A DNA stretch of 64,000 nucleotides from Camelus dromedarius (taxonomy: Eukaryota): the NCBI RefSeq assembly GCF_036321535.1, contig NC_087437.1:72108001-72172000 (forward strand), given 5' to 3'. A model generated the notes under the pieces. It was not told the origin of the DNA. It was given only the letters and a program-made list of their open reading frames with translations, and did not search any database. The first letter of the stretch is position 1. Every line of letters starts with the position of its first letter. Position numbers and translations under genes: made by a program. Positions 1 to 11,430 of the stretch are shown one piece after another.

Positions 1-919
1 AAGTTATATATACATATTTTAAAGAGTTTAGCAGCATTTACTGAGAAGAGTAATCGCGCCCTGGTTATGTATGAACTCCGACCACCCAGAATTACGATGT
101 GACTTCGTATTTATAGAATCTCAGAATTGAAGGGACTCTCTCCTCCACTCCCACCCAGGGCAGGTATGTCTTCCTCGCAGGGTGCACCTTCACCTCTGCT
201 AGTGCACTTTGAATGAAAGCCCATTAGTTTGAAAGAGAGGGTTTCAAAACTATGTTGTCATTTTTAACTGTAAAAACTTTCTTTTTAACTGTTTCTTTTT
301 CAAATAAAAGTCAATATTTGAAAACAAAATACTGAAGGAAGGTGGAGGGACTGGATGCAGCTTCCACTCACCTCTGTCTGCTGCCCTGCCCACATTCGCA
401 AAACACCAGGAGTACAGTCTTAAAACTTCTCAGAGTTGGCAGTTCCTTTGTTGACTTGTCCTCTTGTCAGATTGAGCTTTATATTGCTGCCAGCAGTTAA
501 TGAATCATTTAAAGTTGCTGCCGTGCCTTCATTCCAGTTTCGATGCCCTGGAAGAAAGGTGATTTCAGAATGAGGGTTATTTTTCCAACTACCTTCCTTA
601 CAACTCCCTATTTATTTCTGAATATTGGAGATGAGACACACTCTATTACTGTAACAGAAGAGATCTAAATTTCACCTCTCTCCTACAGGAATTCCCCATG
701 TGAATCCTTAAAAGAATGAAATCCTGACATAAGATGATGTCTTGCTAAAAACTTGAGCCTGAAATCTTAAAGCAATTTTATTATAACAATTATTTGAACT
801 ATTAATCAGTCAAAAGTTTTAAAAATAAAATCGCAGAAATTAATTTCATGTACTGAGACATTCTTCAGCCATATAAATATACATACGTATACATATATAT
901 GTATATGTATAATTTTAAA

Positions 920-1410
920 ATAGACTTTGTCTTTTAGGGTTGTTCTAGGATGACAGCAATATTGAGTGGAAGGTAACCCGTGCCCCTACACATGCTCAGC
1001 CTCCCCATCTACCTTCACCCTTTACAGTGCAGTGGTACATTTGTTAAAGTCAATGAGCCTACCTTAATATACATCATTTTCACTCAAAGTCCATAGTTCA
1101 CAGTAGGGTTCACTCTAGGTGCACATTCTATGAGTTCTGACAAACGTATAAATGACATGTATTCACCATGAGCAGTTTCGCTGCTTTAAAAATCCTCTGT
1201 GCTCCACCTATTCATCCCTCCTTCCACCCTAACCTTTAATGATCCCTGAACTTTTTACTCCATGGTTTTCTTTTTTCCAGAATGTCATGTTTGGAATCAC
1301 ACAGTATTTAGCCTTTTCAAGATTGGCTTCTTTCACTTAGTCATCTGCTTTTATATTTCCTCCCTAATTTCATGGCTTGATACTCATTTCCTTCTAGTGC
1401 TGAATAATTT
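920..1410 (-). mobile_element. Old L1 (L1MC-like) 3' fragment
   Basis: Resembles the antisense L1MC 3' UTR (caaagtccatagttcac...agggttcactct; gattggcttctttcacttag). Boundaries approximate. Confidence 0.6.
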
Positions 1411-1446
1411 TTATTAAATCATGTATTTTTGTGTATATATTTACAG

Positions 1447-1549
1447 GTACCAGAATAGAACACCTAAGAATTTTATATATCACCTCCCCTGTGTTTATTG
1501 TCTTGGTCATCGTGGGATCCATTTGGCTTTTGAAAATCCATGGCTGCAG
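1447..1549 (+). CDS. CD200R1: CD200 receptor 1 (inhibitory type), stalk/transmembrane exon; upstream exons lie outside the window
   Basis: Acceptor ttacag ends at 1446 and donor gtactg starts at 1550. The 103-nt exon (phase 1 to 2) reads GTRIEHLRILYITSPVFIVLVIVGSIWLLKIHGCR, matching the recalled human CD200R1 IVGFIWLLKVNGCR. The transmembrane segment has no charged residue. Confidence 0.92.
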
Positions 1550-1678
1550 GTACTGACTGATGTTTTTTTTCTCTTCTCCTCTCTATTGGGTTAGAAAGGA
1601 ATCAGAAATATGGAACTGACTGACTTGGCAAAACTAAGATGTTAACATCAATTCTCTCATAATCAAGAAGCATGTCCT

Positions 1679-2106
1679 CATAAAAACCGACAACATAATG
1701 CCATTTGCAGCAACATGGATGTTCCTAGAGAATGTCATTCTAAGTGAAGTAAGCCAGAAAGAGAAAGAAAAATACCATATAAGATCGCTCATATACAGAA
1801 TCAAAAAAACAAAAACAAAAATAAAAGCAGAAATACAGAACAGAAACAGACTCATAGACATAGAATACAAACTTGTGGTTGCCAAGGGGGCAGGGAGTGG
1901 GAAGGGACAGACTGGGATTTCAAAATGTAGAATAGATAAACAAGATTATACTGTATAGCACAGGGAAATATATACAAGATCTTATGGCAGCTCACAGAGA
2001 AAACAATGTGACAATGAATATATGTATGTCCATGTATAACTGAAAAATTGTGCTCTACACTGGAATTTGACACAACATTGTAAAATGATTATATATAAAA
2101 AAAAAA
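1679..2106 (+). mobile_element. Young 5'-truncated L1 in a CD200R1 intron
   Basis: ORF2 C-terminus ([23 protein letters not shown]), 3' UTR and poly(A). Perfect 14-bp target-site duplication aagaagcatgtcct at 1665-1678 and 2107-2120. Confidence 0.93.
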
Positions 2107-2544
2107 AAGAAGCATGTCCTGAAAATAATAGGCTTGGACTACTCTCAATGACAAGGGGGATTTTTCTAGGTTACTTAGACATGCAAGCATAGTGAGTTAG
2201 GCCATTTAGGACAGGATCTTGGGAGAGAGAGTGTATGCTTTTTTCTACTTGGGAAAAGAATTACAATAATTCACTTCATGTACCAAAGATGGTGTCATAT
2301 ATATTCTATTACATCCAGATTCTTTGCATAATTTCACTTCCCTTTCCAAAATCCAGAATGATCTTATTTGGATTTATTAACTACAAGCAGTATTCTTTAC
2401 TCATTTCTGATAGTTCATTTCTGATTTATTATGGCTTCTATAAAAATGAACCACAATTGTCAATAGTATATTGGTTTGTCTTTCCATTCTCAATCTGATT
2501 AATAATGTTTTGACATTCACTCCAGCTTATTTTTATTTTTGCAG

Positions 2545-2590
2545 AAAATGTAAATTAAAAAAAACAGAACCTACTCCAGTTGTTGAAGAG
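2545..2590 (+). CDS. CD200R1: CD200R1 juxtamembrane cytoplasmic exon
   Basis: Bounded by tttttgcag and gtaaga. The 46-nt exon (phase 2 to 0) reads (R)KCKLKKTEPTPVVEE, against recalled human RKYKLNKTESTPVVEE. Confidence 0.95.
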
Positions 2591-3228
2591 GTAAGATAAG
2601 ATTAAAAAGAATATTTGCAAACTTTTAAGCCATGTAGTCTGAAAACCTAGTCACATAATTTGTAACTTGCATCAATATTAGCATTTTAGTTGAAAAGTAA
2701 AAATTTCTAATTTTATAATGCAAATAGTCAGGTGTTCTTATTTTGTTAATTATCTACCAAGTACTATTTATGTACACTCCAAATCTATGTTTTTATTTCA
2801 AGAGCTGCATCCTACAAAAGATGTGTTTGCCTCATTTGGACTATAATCTTTGGAAAAACCATCTCTCATTCTTGACTTCCCTTTTTCCAATACTGTCATC
2901 ATTTCCCTCTCAATTAAGCTTAAAACCTATCCAGCACTATAATCTCTTATAACCTGTAGCTAATTAAGTCTTTGACCCTCTCCTCTGAAATACTTCTCAT
3001 ATCATTTCATTCTTCTCCACTCCTACTTTCAGACAGCCTTTATGATCTCACACTGAGACTTAAAATAATTTTTGATAACATATTAGAAAAATCTCACTCT
3101 TACGTTCATGTAAGCCCAGAGACCACTATTTGTAGACACTAAAGCCACAGGCACTTGTTAGAAAAACACAGGTAGTTAAGGATTACTGGGTTTATTTAAA
3201 TTGATTTTAACTTTGGGTTCTTTCTTAG

Positions 3229-3324
3229 GATGAAATGCAGCCCTATGCCAGCTACACAGAGAAGAACAATCCCCTGTATGATACTACAAACAGGGTGAAG
3301 ACGTCTCAGGTGTCACAAAGTTAA
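3229..3324 (+). CDS. CD200R1: CD200R1 terminal coding exon with three tyrosines and the NPLY motif
   Basis: After acceptor tttcttag it reads DEMQPYASYTEKNNPLYDTTNRVKTSQVSQS, then TAA at 3322-3324. NPLY is at 3268-3279. Near-identical to the recalled human tail DEMQPYASYTEKNNPLYDTTNKVK. Confidence 0.95.
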   Translation, partial: DEMQPYASYTEKNNPLYDTTNRVKTSQVSQS

Positions 3325-3699
3325 GTTGATGGGATGAGTCTCCATACTTTATATGCTCCAGGAATCCAGCACCAGGACAAATGAATCAAGATGCAGTACA
3401 GATACTGTTTTGATTTTCTTAGAGTTCTGGAATGGAAGGCCTATTTTGAAATTGGCTTTTCAAAGATTCTTAGAAGACAGAGACATTCTAGAGGATTTGC
3501 ATTTGTATCCTTATACAATTGAAATTTTAGAATTTTAGCTGTCACAAGCTTGTTCTCTGAAGAACTGATAATATTACAAAGAAAGCATCTGCTCATGATA
3601 AAATATACAAATTGTTCAGTACAGTAGATGAGGGAAACTGAGTTTCCTCAAATAACTCTACAGAGGGAACAATTACCAAGAATTTTTATGTAATCTTAT

Positions 3700-4190
3700 A
3701 GAAAATGTCTATGTGTGTGTGTCATATGTATATGTGCAAGTATATGTGTACATTTATATGTTTATTTACATATACATATCTTTGTCAAGACACAAATGGG
3801 AACATACTATAATTGTGTTCTGTACTTATAGAAAGCTAATAATGTAACATATCTTGTAGATCTTTTATATCAACCCAAGCAGAGCTACCTCATTCTTCTT
3901 AATGGTTACATAAAATTCCATTGTATGTCTGGTTAATTAAATTAACCCTGGTGATAGACATTTAGATGAAGTTTTGTTAATTCTGCTAGTATAAACAATA
4001 CTACATAGAATGTTTCTTGTGGTTATATCTCTCTGTGTTTGTTTGAGTATATTTGTAAGATAATTTCCTTGAGTGAAATTGCCAGGTCAAAGGGTTTGTG
4101 CATTTTTATTATTTTTATTATTGACTGATACGTCAAATTGCATCAATTTACGTTCTCTGCCCAACCCTATTTGAATGCACCTTTCCTGTT
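3700..4190 (-). mobile_element. Degraded old L1 (L1ME-like) fragment in the CD200R1 3' region
   Basis: Motifs such as cattcttcttaatggttacataaaattccattgtatg and gaaattgccaggtcaaaggg. Boundaries approximate. Confidence 0.5.
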
Positions 4191-4259
4191 ATTTTAATAT
4201 TTGTAAGATTCCAACCTCCTGTTAGCTAATATAAGATTATAATAAGAATTTCACTATTT

Positions 4260-4265
4260 AATAAA
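4260..4265 (+). terminator. Candidate polyadenylation signal for the CD200R1 3' UTR (a second candidate at 4595-4600)
   Basis: AATAAA followed by T- and GT-rich sequence, about 0.9 kb past the stop codon. No transcript evidence. Confidence 0.35.
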
Positions 4266-5349
4266 ACTGAATTTATATTTTTCTGTCATGTTTTATGTGT
4301 GTGTGTGAGAGAGAGGACACACATATGAGGACATTAGCCTCTTCTGAGATTATTGTATCTCATTAGAAGTATTGATATCTAATGCCTAATAGTTTTGCAG
4401 ATGTGATAAACAGGAAGTGTGTATTTTTATGGTGTACACTTTATTGTGATGTATTTATCAAGTAACAAATGTTTATTGGCTATATAACCAGCTAAATATG
4501 CATTATGGAGGACTTTGGATATCTATAAAATATGGTCTTTGTGCTAAGGGAATAGCCATGGGATGACATGACCCTTTCTTCCATTTTTCTATGGAATAAA
4601 ATATTGGGAATGTGTATATTAATCATTTTTAATATTATGAAAAATATAATTTAATTATGAACAATTATGAAAAATAAGTCTATTTACTCCAAAGCAGGAA
4701 AAATGATACTGAAAATTAAAATGTTTCAACATGGTAGAAATTAAAACAAAAATTCATTCATTCTTTAATTGTGTCATTTGAAACATCTAAGACAGCTATT
4801 TTGTTTTCTTAATAGGTTGGTCTCCCTGAAGACATTTTGGTTACACTAGGCTTTATTCTTAAAAGGACTTTTAGTCTATTTTGCATGTAAAACTAATATA
4901 ATAACACTTGGGACATGATATTTTGACCAAACCATTTTGATTGGCCAAAAAACCAGTCCATTAAGTTTCTGCATATAAATATTACCAAGTGGTGTGCCCA
5001 ATAGACATCATAACCCTGTTTTTGCCATTTTCTTAATTCTTCATCCATCCTCTCATTGGGATGAGTTTCACTCTTAGTTAGGTTCAAGAATATCTGTTTA
5101 AATATTTTACATCTTAACTTGATAATGTCAAAACAACCATGTCAAATGACACCATAGTGAAGATTTCAAGATAATTTATAAATGTCAAATTACACTGTAG
5201 AGGAACTAAATGTATTAAAATTTTCCATTACAGGGGTGTTAAACATAGTTGAATATCAGAATCATGTAGGGAAATAAAAAAAACTATATAAATTTCCCAA
5301 ATCTACTTTAGACCTGCTGAATCAGAATATCTAAAGATTGGATCAGGTG

Positions 5350-5830
5350 TGTCAGGTAATCCAGGAAGCAAAGGGTGAGATGGGGTTAGTCGAGATAAAG
5401 GTTAATTGGACGAGAGAGGTTTCACCTTTGAAAGATTAAAAGGGTTGGAAGCAGGATAGAGGAGGGCAAGTCTTTAGACCATGATGCTGATCTGAATGAA
5501 ACTTGTGAAAGCAAAGAGGCGAGGAAGTAGGATAGAAGAGGGGGAGCCTCAGATCACAATACAGAACCGTCAAAGTCATGGCCAAACCATTGAGAAGCCC
5601 TGGAGCAAAGATTGCTTGTAAAAAGAATCTCCTATGGGCAGATGGTCAAAAATCTGATACCCCTTCATGCTTAGTCACTGGTTGGGAAGAGAGTATGGCT
5701 TCAGCTCAAAAGCTGAAATGAAGCCTGAGGTGTTAACAACTGATGACCATCAGCTAATTGCACTCCTTGGAACTGAATGGTATGTTATCTTTTGATGGGA
5801 AATCTGAATAGCTCCCTCCTTGGCTGCCCA
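5350..5830. mobile_element. Old ERVL-type LTR relic (LTR16/LTR33-like)
   Basis: Degenerate purine-rich LTR-like sequence recognised by eye (ggagcctcagatcacaatacag...ccctggagcaaagattgc). Confidence 0.4.
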
Positions 5831-5995
5831 GTCTATCCTTTCACTGGTTAGTATTTGCCTGGCGTGTTGTCTATCTTTTTATTTTTAACTTTCCTGTGAC
5901 ATTTTATTTTAGGCACACCTTTTATAAAGAAACTATAGCTTTTTTAGAAAGAAGATACAGCTGTTTTTTGTAACTCATTTGAGAATTTTAACTTT

Positions 5996-7373
5996 TTTTA
6001 AAACATTTTTTATTGAGTTATAGTCATTTTACAATGTTGTGTCAAATTCCAATGTAGAGCACAATTTTTCAATTATACATGAACATATGTATATTCATTG
6101 TCACATTTTTTTTTTGCTGTGAGCTACCACAAGATTTTGTATGTATTTCCCTGTGCTATACAGTATAATCTTGTTTATCTATTCTACATATGCCTGTCAG
6201 TATCTACAAATTTTGAAATCCCTTCCCACCCCCCACCCCCTTGGCAACCACAAGTTTGTATTCTATGTTTATGAGTCTGTTTCTGTTTTGTATTTATGTT
6301 CATTTTTTTTTTTTTTTAGATTCCACGTATGAGTGATCTCATATGGTATTTTTCTTTCTCTTTCTGGCTTACTTCACTTAGAATGACATTCTCCAGGAAA
6401 ATTCATATTGCTGCAAATGGCGTTATGGGAAAATTGGACAGCAGCATGTAAATCAATGAAGCTAGAACACTCCCTTACACCATACACAAAAATCAACTCA
6501 CAATGGATCAAAGACTTAAACATTAAGACAAGATACAATAAACCTCCTAGAAGAAAATATAGGCAAAACATTATCTCACATACCTCTCAAAAATGTTCTC
6601 CTAGGGCAGTCTACCCAAGCAATAGAAATAAAAGAAAGAATAAACAAATGGGACCTAATTAAACTTACAAGATTCTGCACAGCAAAGGAAACCATAAGTA
6701 AAACAAAACAACAACCTACAGAACGGGAGAAAATTTTTGCAAATGATGAAACCGACAAAGGCTTGATCTCCAGAATATATAAGCAGCTCATATGACTTAA
6801 TAAGAAAAAAACAAACCACTCAATCCAAAAATGGGCAGAAGACCTCAACAAGCAATTCTCCAAGGAAGAAATACAAATGATCAACAGGCACATGAAAAAA
6901 TGCTCAATATCACTAATTATCAGAGAAATGTAAATCAAAACTAGGATGAGGTATCACCTCACACCAGCCAGAATGGCCATCATTCAAAGGTCCACAAATG
7001 ATTAATGCTGGAGAGGGTGTGGAGAAAGGGGAACCCTCCTACACTGCTGGTGGGAATGCAGTCTGGTGCAGCCACTATGGAAAACAGTATGGAGATTCCT
7101 CAGAAGACTAGGAATAGACTTACCACATGACCCAGGAATCCCGCTCCTGGGCTTATATCCAGAAGGAACCCTACTTCAGGATGACACCTGCACCCCAAAG
7201 TTCATAGCAGCACTATTTACAATAGCCAAGACATGGAAACAGCCTAAATGTCCATCAATGGATGACTGGATAAAGAAGATGTGGTATATTTATACAATGG
7301 AATAGTATTCAGCCATAAAAATGACAGCATAACGCCATTTGCAGCAACATGGATGTTCCTGGAAAAAAAAATA
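5996..7373 (-). mobile_element. Young L1 with a 5' inversion (twin-priming structure)
   Basis: The L1 3' end is on the - strand (~5996-6427, poly-T at left) and joins + strand ORF2 sequence (6428-7362; ORFs 6408..6662 and 7066..7305). Flanking near-duplication agaattttaa(c/a)ttt at 5982-5995 and 7374-7387. Confidence 0.85.
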
Positions 7374-7539
7374 AGAATTTTAAATTTAATGACCGTTTAA
7401 GCCATTCATATTTGTTGTGATTACTTATGTATTTGGTCATGTTTCTACAATCTTACATTACATGTCTCATTTACTATGTTTTCTCCCCCAACTGTTTTAT
7501 TTTTTCTTTTACTCTGCTTTTCTATATTGGTGACTTACT

Positions 7540-8140
7540 GTAGCCAAGACATGGAAACAATCTAAGTGTCCATTGATGGATGCATGGATAAAGAAAATGT
7601 GGTAAATACATACAATGGAATATAATTCAGCCATAAAAAATGAAAAACTTCCATTTGTGACAACATGGATGGAATTTGAGGGCATTATGCTGAGTGAAAT
7701 AATTCAGACAAAGAAAGACAAATAGCATATGAACTGAATTATGTAAAATCTCAAAAAAAAAAAAAACGACAAAGAAAAACATTCCAAACCAAGCTCACAG
7801 ATACAGAGACTATATTGGTGGTTGCCAGAGGTGGGGGTAGGGGGGCAGGTGAAAGGGGTGGAGTCCAAAGGTACAAACTTCTAGTTATAAAATAAATAAA
7901 TCATGGGGATATAATGTATAGCATGGTGACTATAGTTAATAATACAGTATTGTACATTCAAAAGTTGCTAAGAGAATAAATCTTAAAAGTTCTCTTCATA
8001 AGAAAAACATTTTGTAACTGTGTGTGGTGGTGAGTGTTAACTAGACTTATTGTGATGATCATTTTACAATATATACAAATAAAAAATCATTATGTTGTAC
8101 ACCTGAGACTAATACAATGTTATATGAGTTATTTATACAT
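7540..8140 (+). mobile_element. L1 (L1MA9-like) ORF2 end and 3' UTR
   Basis: tagccaagacatggaaacaatctaagtgtcc...gtacaaacttctagttataaaataaataa...gcatggtgactatagttaataatac. Confidence 0.8.
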
Positions 8141-9190
8141 CAACAAAAATGAAAAGGCAACCTATGAAATGGAAGAAAACATTTGCAAACCATATCAGTT
8201 AAGAAGTCAATATCCAAAATATATAAGGAACTCATGCAACTCAGTAACAAAAAACCAAACCAAACCAAACCAAACCAAACCAAACCAAACCAAAATACAC
8301 CCAACACACACACACACACACACACAAACTCTGAAAAACTTAAAACCAAAACCAAATACTCCAATTTAAAAATGGGCAAAGGACATGAGTAGACATTTTT
8401 CCAAAGAAGACATACAGATCGCCAATGAGTACATAAAAAGGTGCTCAACATCACTAATCATCAAGGAGATGCAAATCAAAATCATGATGAGATATCATTT
8501 CATACCTACTAGGATGGCCATTATCAATAAAAAATGAGGTAACAAATGCTGGCAAGGATGTGGTGAAAAGAGAACCCCTGTACACTGCTGGCAGGGATGT
8601 AAACTAGTACAACCACTATGGAAAACAGTATGGCAAGTCCTCAAAAAATTAAAACTAGGACTATCACATGATTCAGTAATCTTACTTCTAAGTAAATATC
8701 CAAGGGATATGAAACCATTATCTTGAAGAGATAGCTGTACTTTCATTTTTTATTGAGGCATTATTCACAATAGCCAAGATACGGAAAAAATCCTGAGTGT
8801 GTTGATGGATGAATGGATCAAGAAAATGTGGTGGGTTATTACTGAGCCTTAAGAAGGAAAATCCTATCATTTGTGACAACATGGATGAACCTGGAAGGCA
8901 TTATGCTCAGTGATATAAGCCAGAGAGAGAAAGACAAATGTTGCATGACATGTGGAATCTAAAGGGGAAAGGTTAAATTCATAGAGACAGAGTAGAATAG
9001 TGATTATCTGGGGTTCGGATGTGGGGAAAATTGGGAAATGCTGGTCAAAGGGTACATGCCTTCAGTTATAAGATGAAAAAGTTCTGGGGTCTAATGTACA
9101 GCATGGCTACTACAGTTAATAATACAGTATTTTATACTTGAAATTTTCCCATTTCAAAAAAAGATACTATGTGAGGTGATGGATTTGTTA
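8141..9190 (+). mobile_element. Second L1 (L1MA-like) ORF2 end and 3' UTR, containing microsatellites
   Basis: aaaatgggcaaaggacatgagtagacatttttccaaagaagacatacag...ccactatggaaaacagtatgg, with many stop codons. Confidence 0.8.
8253..8326. repeat. Compound microsatellite (CAAAC)n plus (CA)n
   Basis: Direct reading. Confidence 0.9.
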
Positions 9191-9332
9191 AAAAACAAAC
9201 TTTTCCAGTGGCTGGTGTCAGAAACAACAATCACCAACTTCCAAATACTATATTAAATCTCTATTAGAGGCACTAAAGAACATTTTTGAAAGGATGTGAA
9301 TTTCCCTAAAACTTAGGTGTAGTGATGACATA

Positions 9333-9517
9333 CAGAATATCCTAATTACTTGGAAGTATCCCTTATGGATGGATGATATATATAATAATATCTCAAATTA
9401 TTTTATTCCATCCATGTGTTTTAGCTTCTGAAATTAGGCCAGCAAAGTCTGTAAGTTTGTAACCAACTCCCTTTTTATTACCCTAAATTAACTAACTTCA
9501 AGATTCAAGATACAGAC
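9333..9517 (+). repeat. Local duplication, copy A
   Basis: cagaatatcctaattactt...aattaactaactt...ttcaagatacagac, repeated at 13398-13623. Confidence 0.9.
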
Positions 9518-9529
9518 TTGACTTTCAAA

Positions 9530-10128
9530 TTTTTTTTTTTTACTGAAATAAAGTCAGTTACAATATGTCAATTTCTGGTGCACAGCACAATGTTCCAGTC
9601 ATGCATATACATATATTTGTTTTCATATTTTGTCTCATTAAAGGTTATTACAAGATATTGAATACAGTCCCCTGTGCTATACAGAATAAACTTTTTAAAA
9701 TCTATTTTTATATATAGTGGCTAACATTTGCAAATCTCAAACTCCCAAATTTATCCCTTCCCATCCTTTCCCCGGTAACCATAAGACTGTTTACTTTGTC
9801 TGCAAGTCTGTTTCTGTTTTGTAGATGTGTTCATTAGTATCCTCCTTTTTTTCTGTTTTTTAGATTCCACATATGAGTGATATCATAGGGTATCTGTCTT
9901 TCTCTTTCTGGCTTACTTCACTTAGAATGACATTCTCCAGGGACATTCATGTTGCTGCAAATGGAATTATTTTATTCTATTTTATGGCTGAGTAGTATTC
10001 CATTATATAAATATACCACAATTTCTTTTTCCAGTCATTTGTCGATGGACATTTAGGTTGTATCCATGTCTTGGCTATTGTAAATAGCGCTGCTATGAAC
10101 AATGCATGTATCTTTTCCAATTAGAGTT
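9530..10128 (-). mobile_element. 5'-truncated L1 3' end
   Basis: Poly-T at 9530-9541, then antisense 3' UTR and ORF2 end (ggcttacttcacttagaatgacattctccaggg), related to the L1 at 1679. Confidence 0.85.
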
Positions 10129-11312
10129 AATTGAGAAAATTATAGATTCTCAAGCAAGTGTGAGAAATCACACAGAGATCCCTGTGCACCATTTCCAATT
10201 TACCTAATGATAACATTATGCTAAATTATACTATAATATCATAACCAGGGTATTGATGGTAACAAAATTCACCAAATTAAAAAAAAAACCCTTCTTTCAT
10301 CTTCAAATGTGTAGAGGAATTATTTATCTGGTGACAAGAATCTGATCCTGATGTATTTTCTTAAGAAATTTTCATTAATCATCCCTTTGGGTAACCAAGC
10401 TGAAACCAGTGTTAGAACAAGCCCAAAGGGAAGGATTATTGTCTGTTTAAGAAAATGTAAGAATCTATAAGTGGAAACTTCTGCCTACCAGTCTACTCCC
10501 TCAGCCTTCACTGTCCCCTTCCACATAAAAAACCCTTGTTAACATTGCACTGAATCTGTAGTTTTCTTCCCTTGTCCCCTGCCACCCTTTATTTTGTGGC
10601 AGAAGACAGCATATTCTTAAAATGTCTTAGCCAGAAACAAGTAGAAGAAAGAAGAAATAAAGTAGAAATTATGAGGTAGAAATGCTAACACTGTCAGCAG
10701 GATGTGGTAGCGTAAGGTGAGGGCACGGGCAGGTCAGGCAGAGGCAGGGAAGACCTGGAGTGGCCCACAAAAGGACTGAGCTTGTGCAGTGGGCAGTGGT
10801 GCCCCCTGTTAGTTTGCAGCAGGGATGACATTCCACTAGGGTCATGTTCAGAAAGAGCAAGGGGTCAGCTGTGCTGGAGCCAGGCTGGAGGTGCCAGAGA
10901 AATGCCAGGTGCCATTTAGATCAGGAAGAGCCAGCATCATCTTGGTACCTGGTCTTCTCCAGATCTGTGGAAGACAGAAGTCCGGGGCTTGTGCATAAGA
11001 TGTCCTCAACAGATCAAAGTAAAATTTCCGCAACTGGGCTTTAATTCCTGGTTGCAGACTGAGCCCTCGCCCCAGCCCAAGCCTTTAACTCGGGTGCGGG
11101 TCATGTGGGTGGAGAATTATTTGTATTATGGTCTTTTTAAGTGTTTTACTTTTCACTACTCTCTGTCTCAGTGTTTTCTGTATTAAAGCACACACTTCTA
11201 GAGGAAGAGATCATGTTTGTCTTCTCTCATAAACCACATAAGTTACCAAACAAATACAGATAGACACACACACACAATACAATGCAAGGGAAGGAAAACT
11301 ACCCATGAACAG

Positions 11313-11430
11313 ATCTCGGTTTCTATCCTGACTTTATAGCTCTATTATTAACTGGGTGAGGGTAAGTAACTTAACCTCTCTGACTTTCTACTTCCTTATT
11401 TATAAAAAACGAATATAATGATACATGCCT
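11313..11430 (+). mobile_element. MIR SINE fragment
   Basis: gtaagtaacttaacctctctgactttctacttccttatttataaaa resembles the MIR core. Confidence 0.5.

Noticed and set aside
1634..2073. ORFs 1634..1885, 1698..1958 and 1852..2073 (and similar ones at 6141-7305 and 14622-14894) as host genes
   Set aside because: They lie within L1 insertions bounded by target-site duplications and are ORF2 tails or antisense frames.
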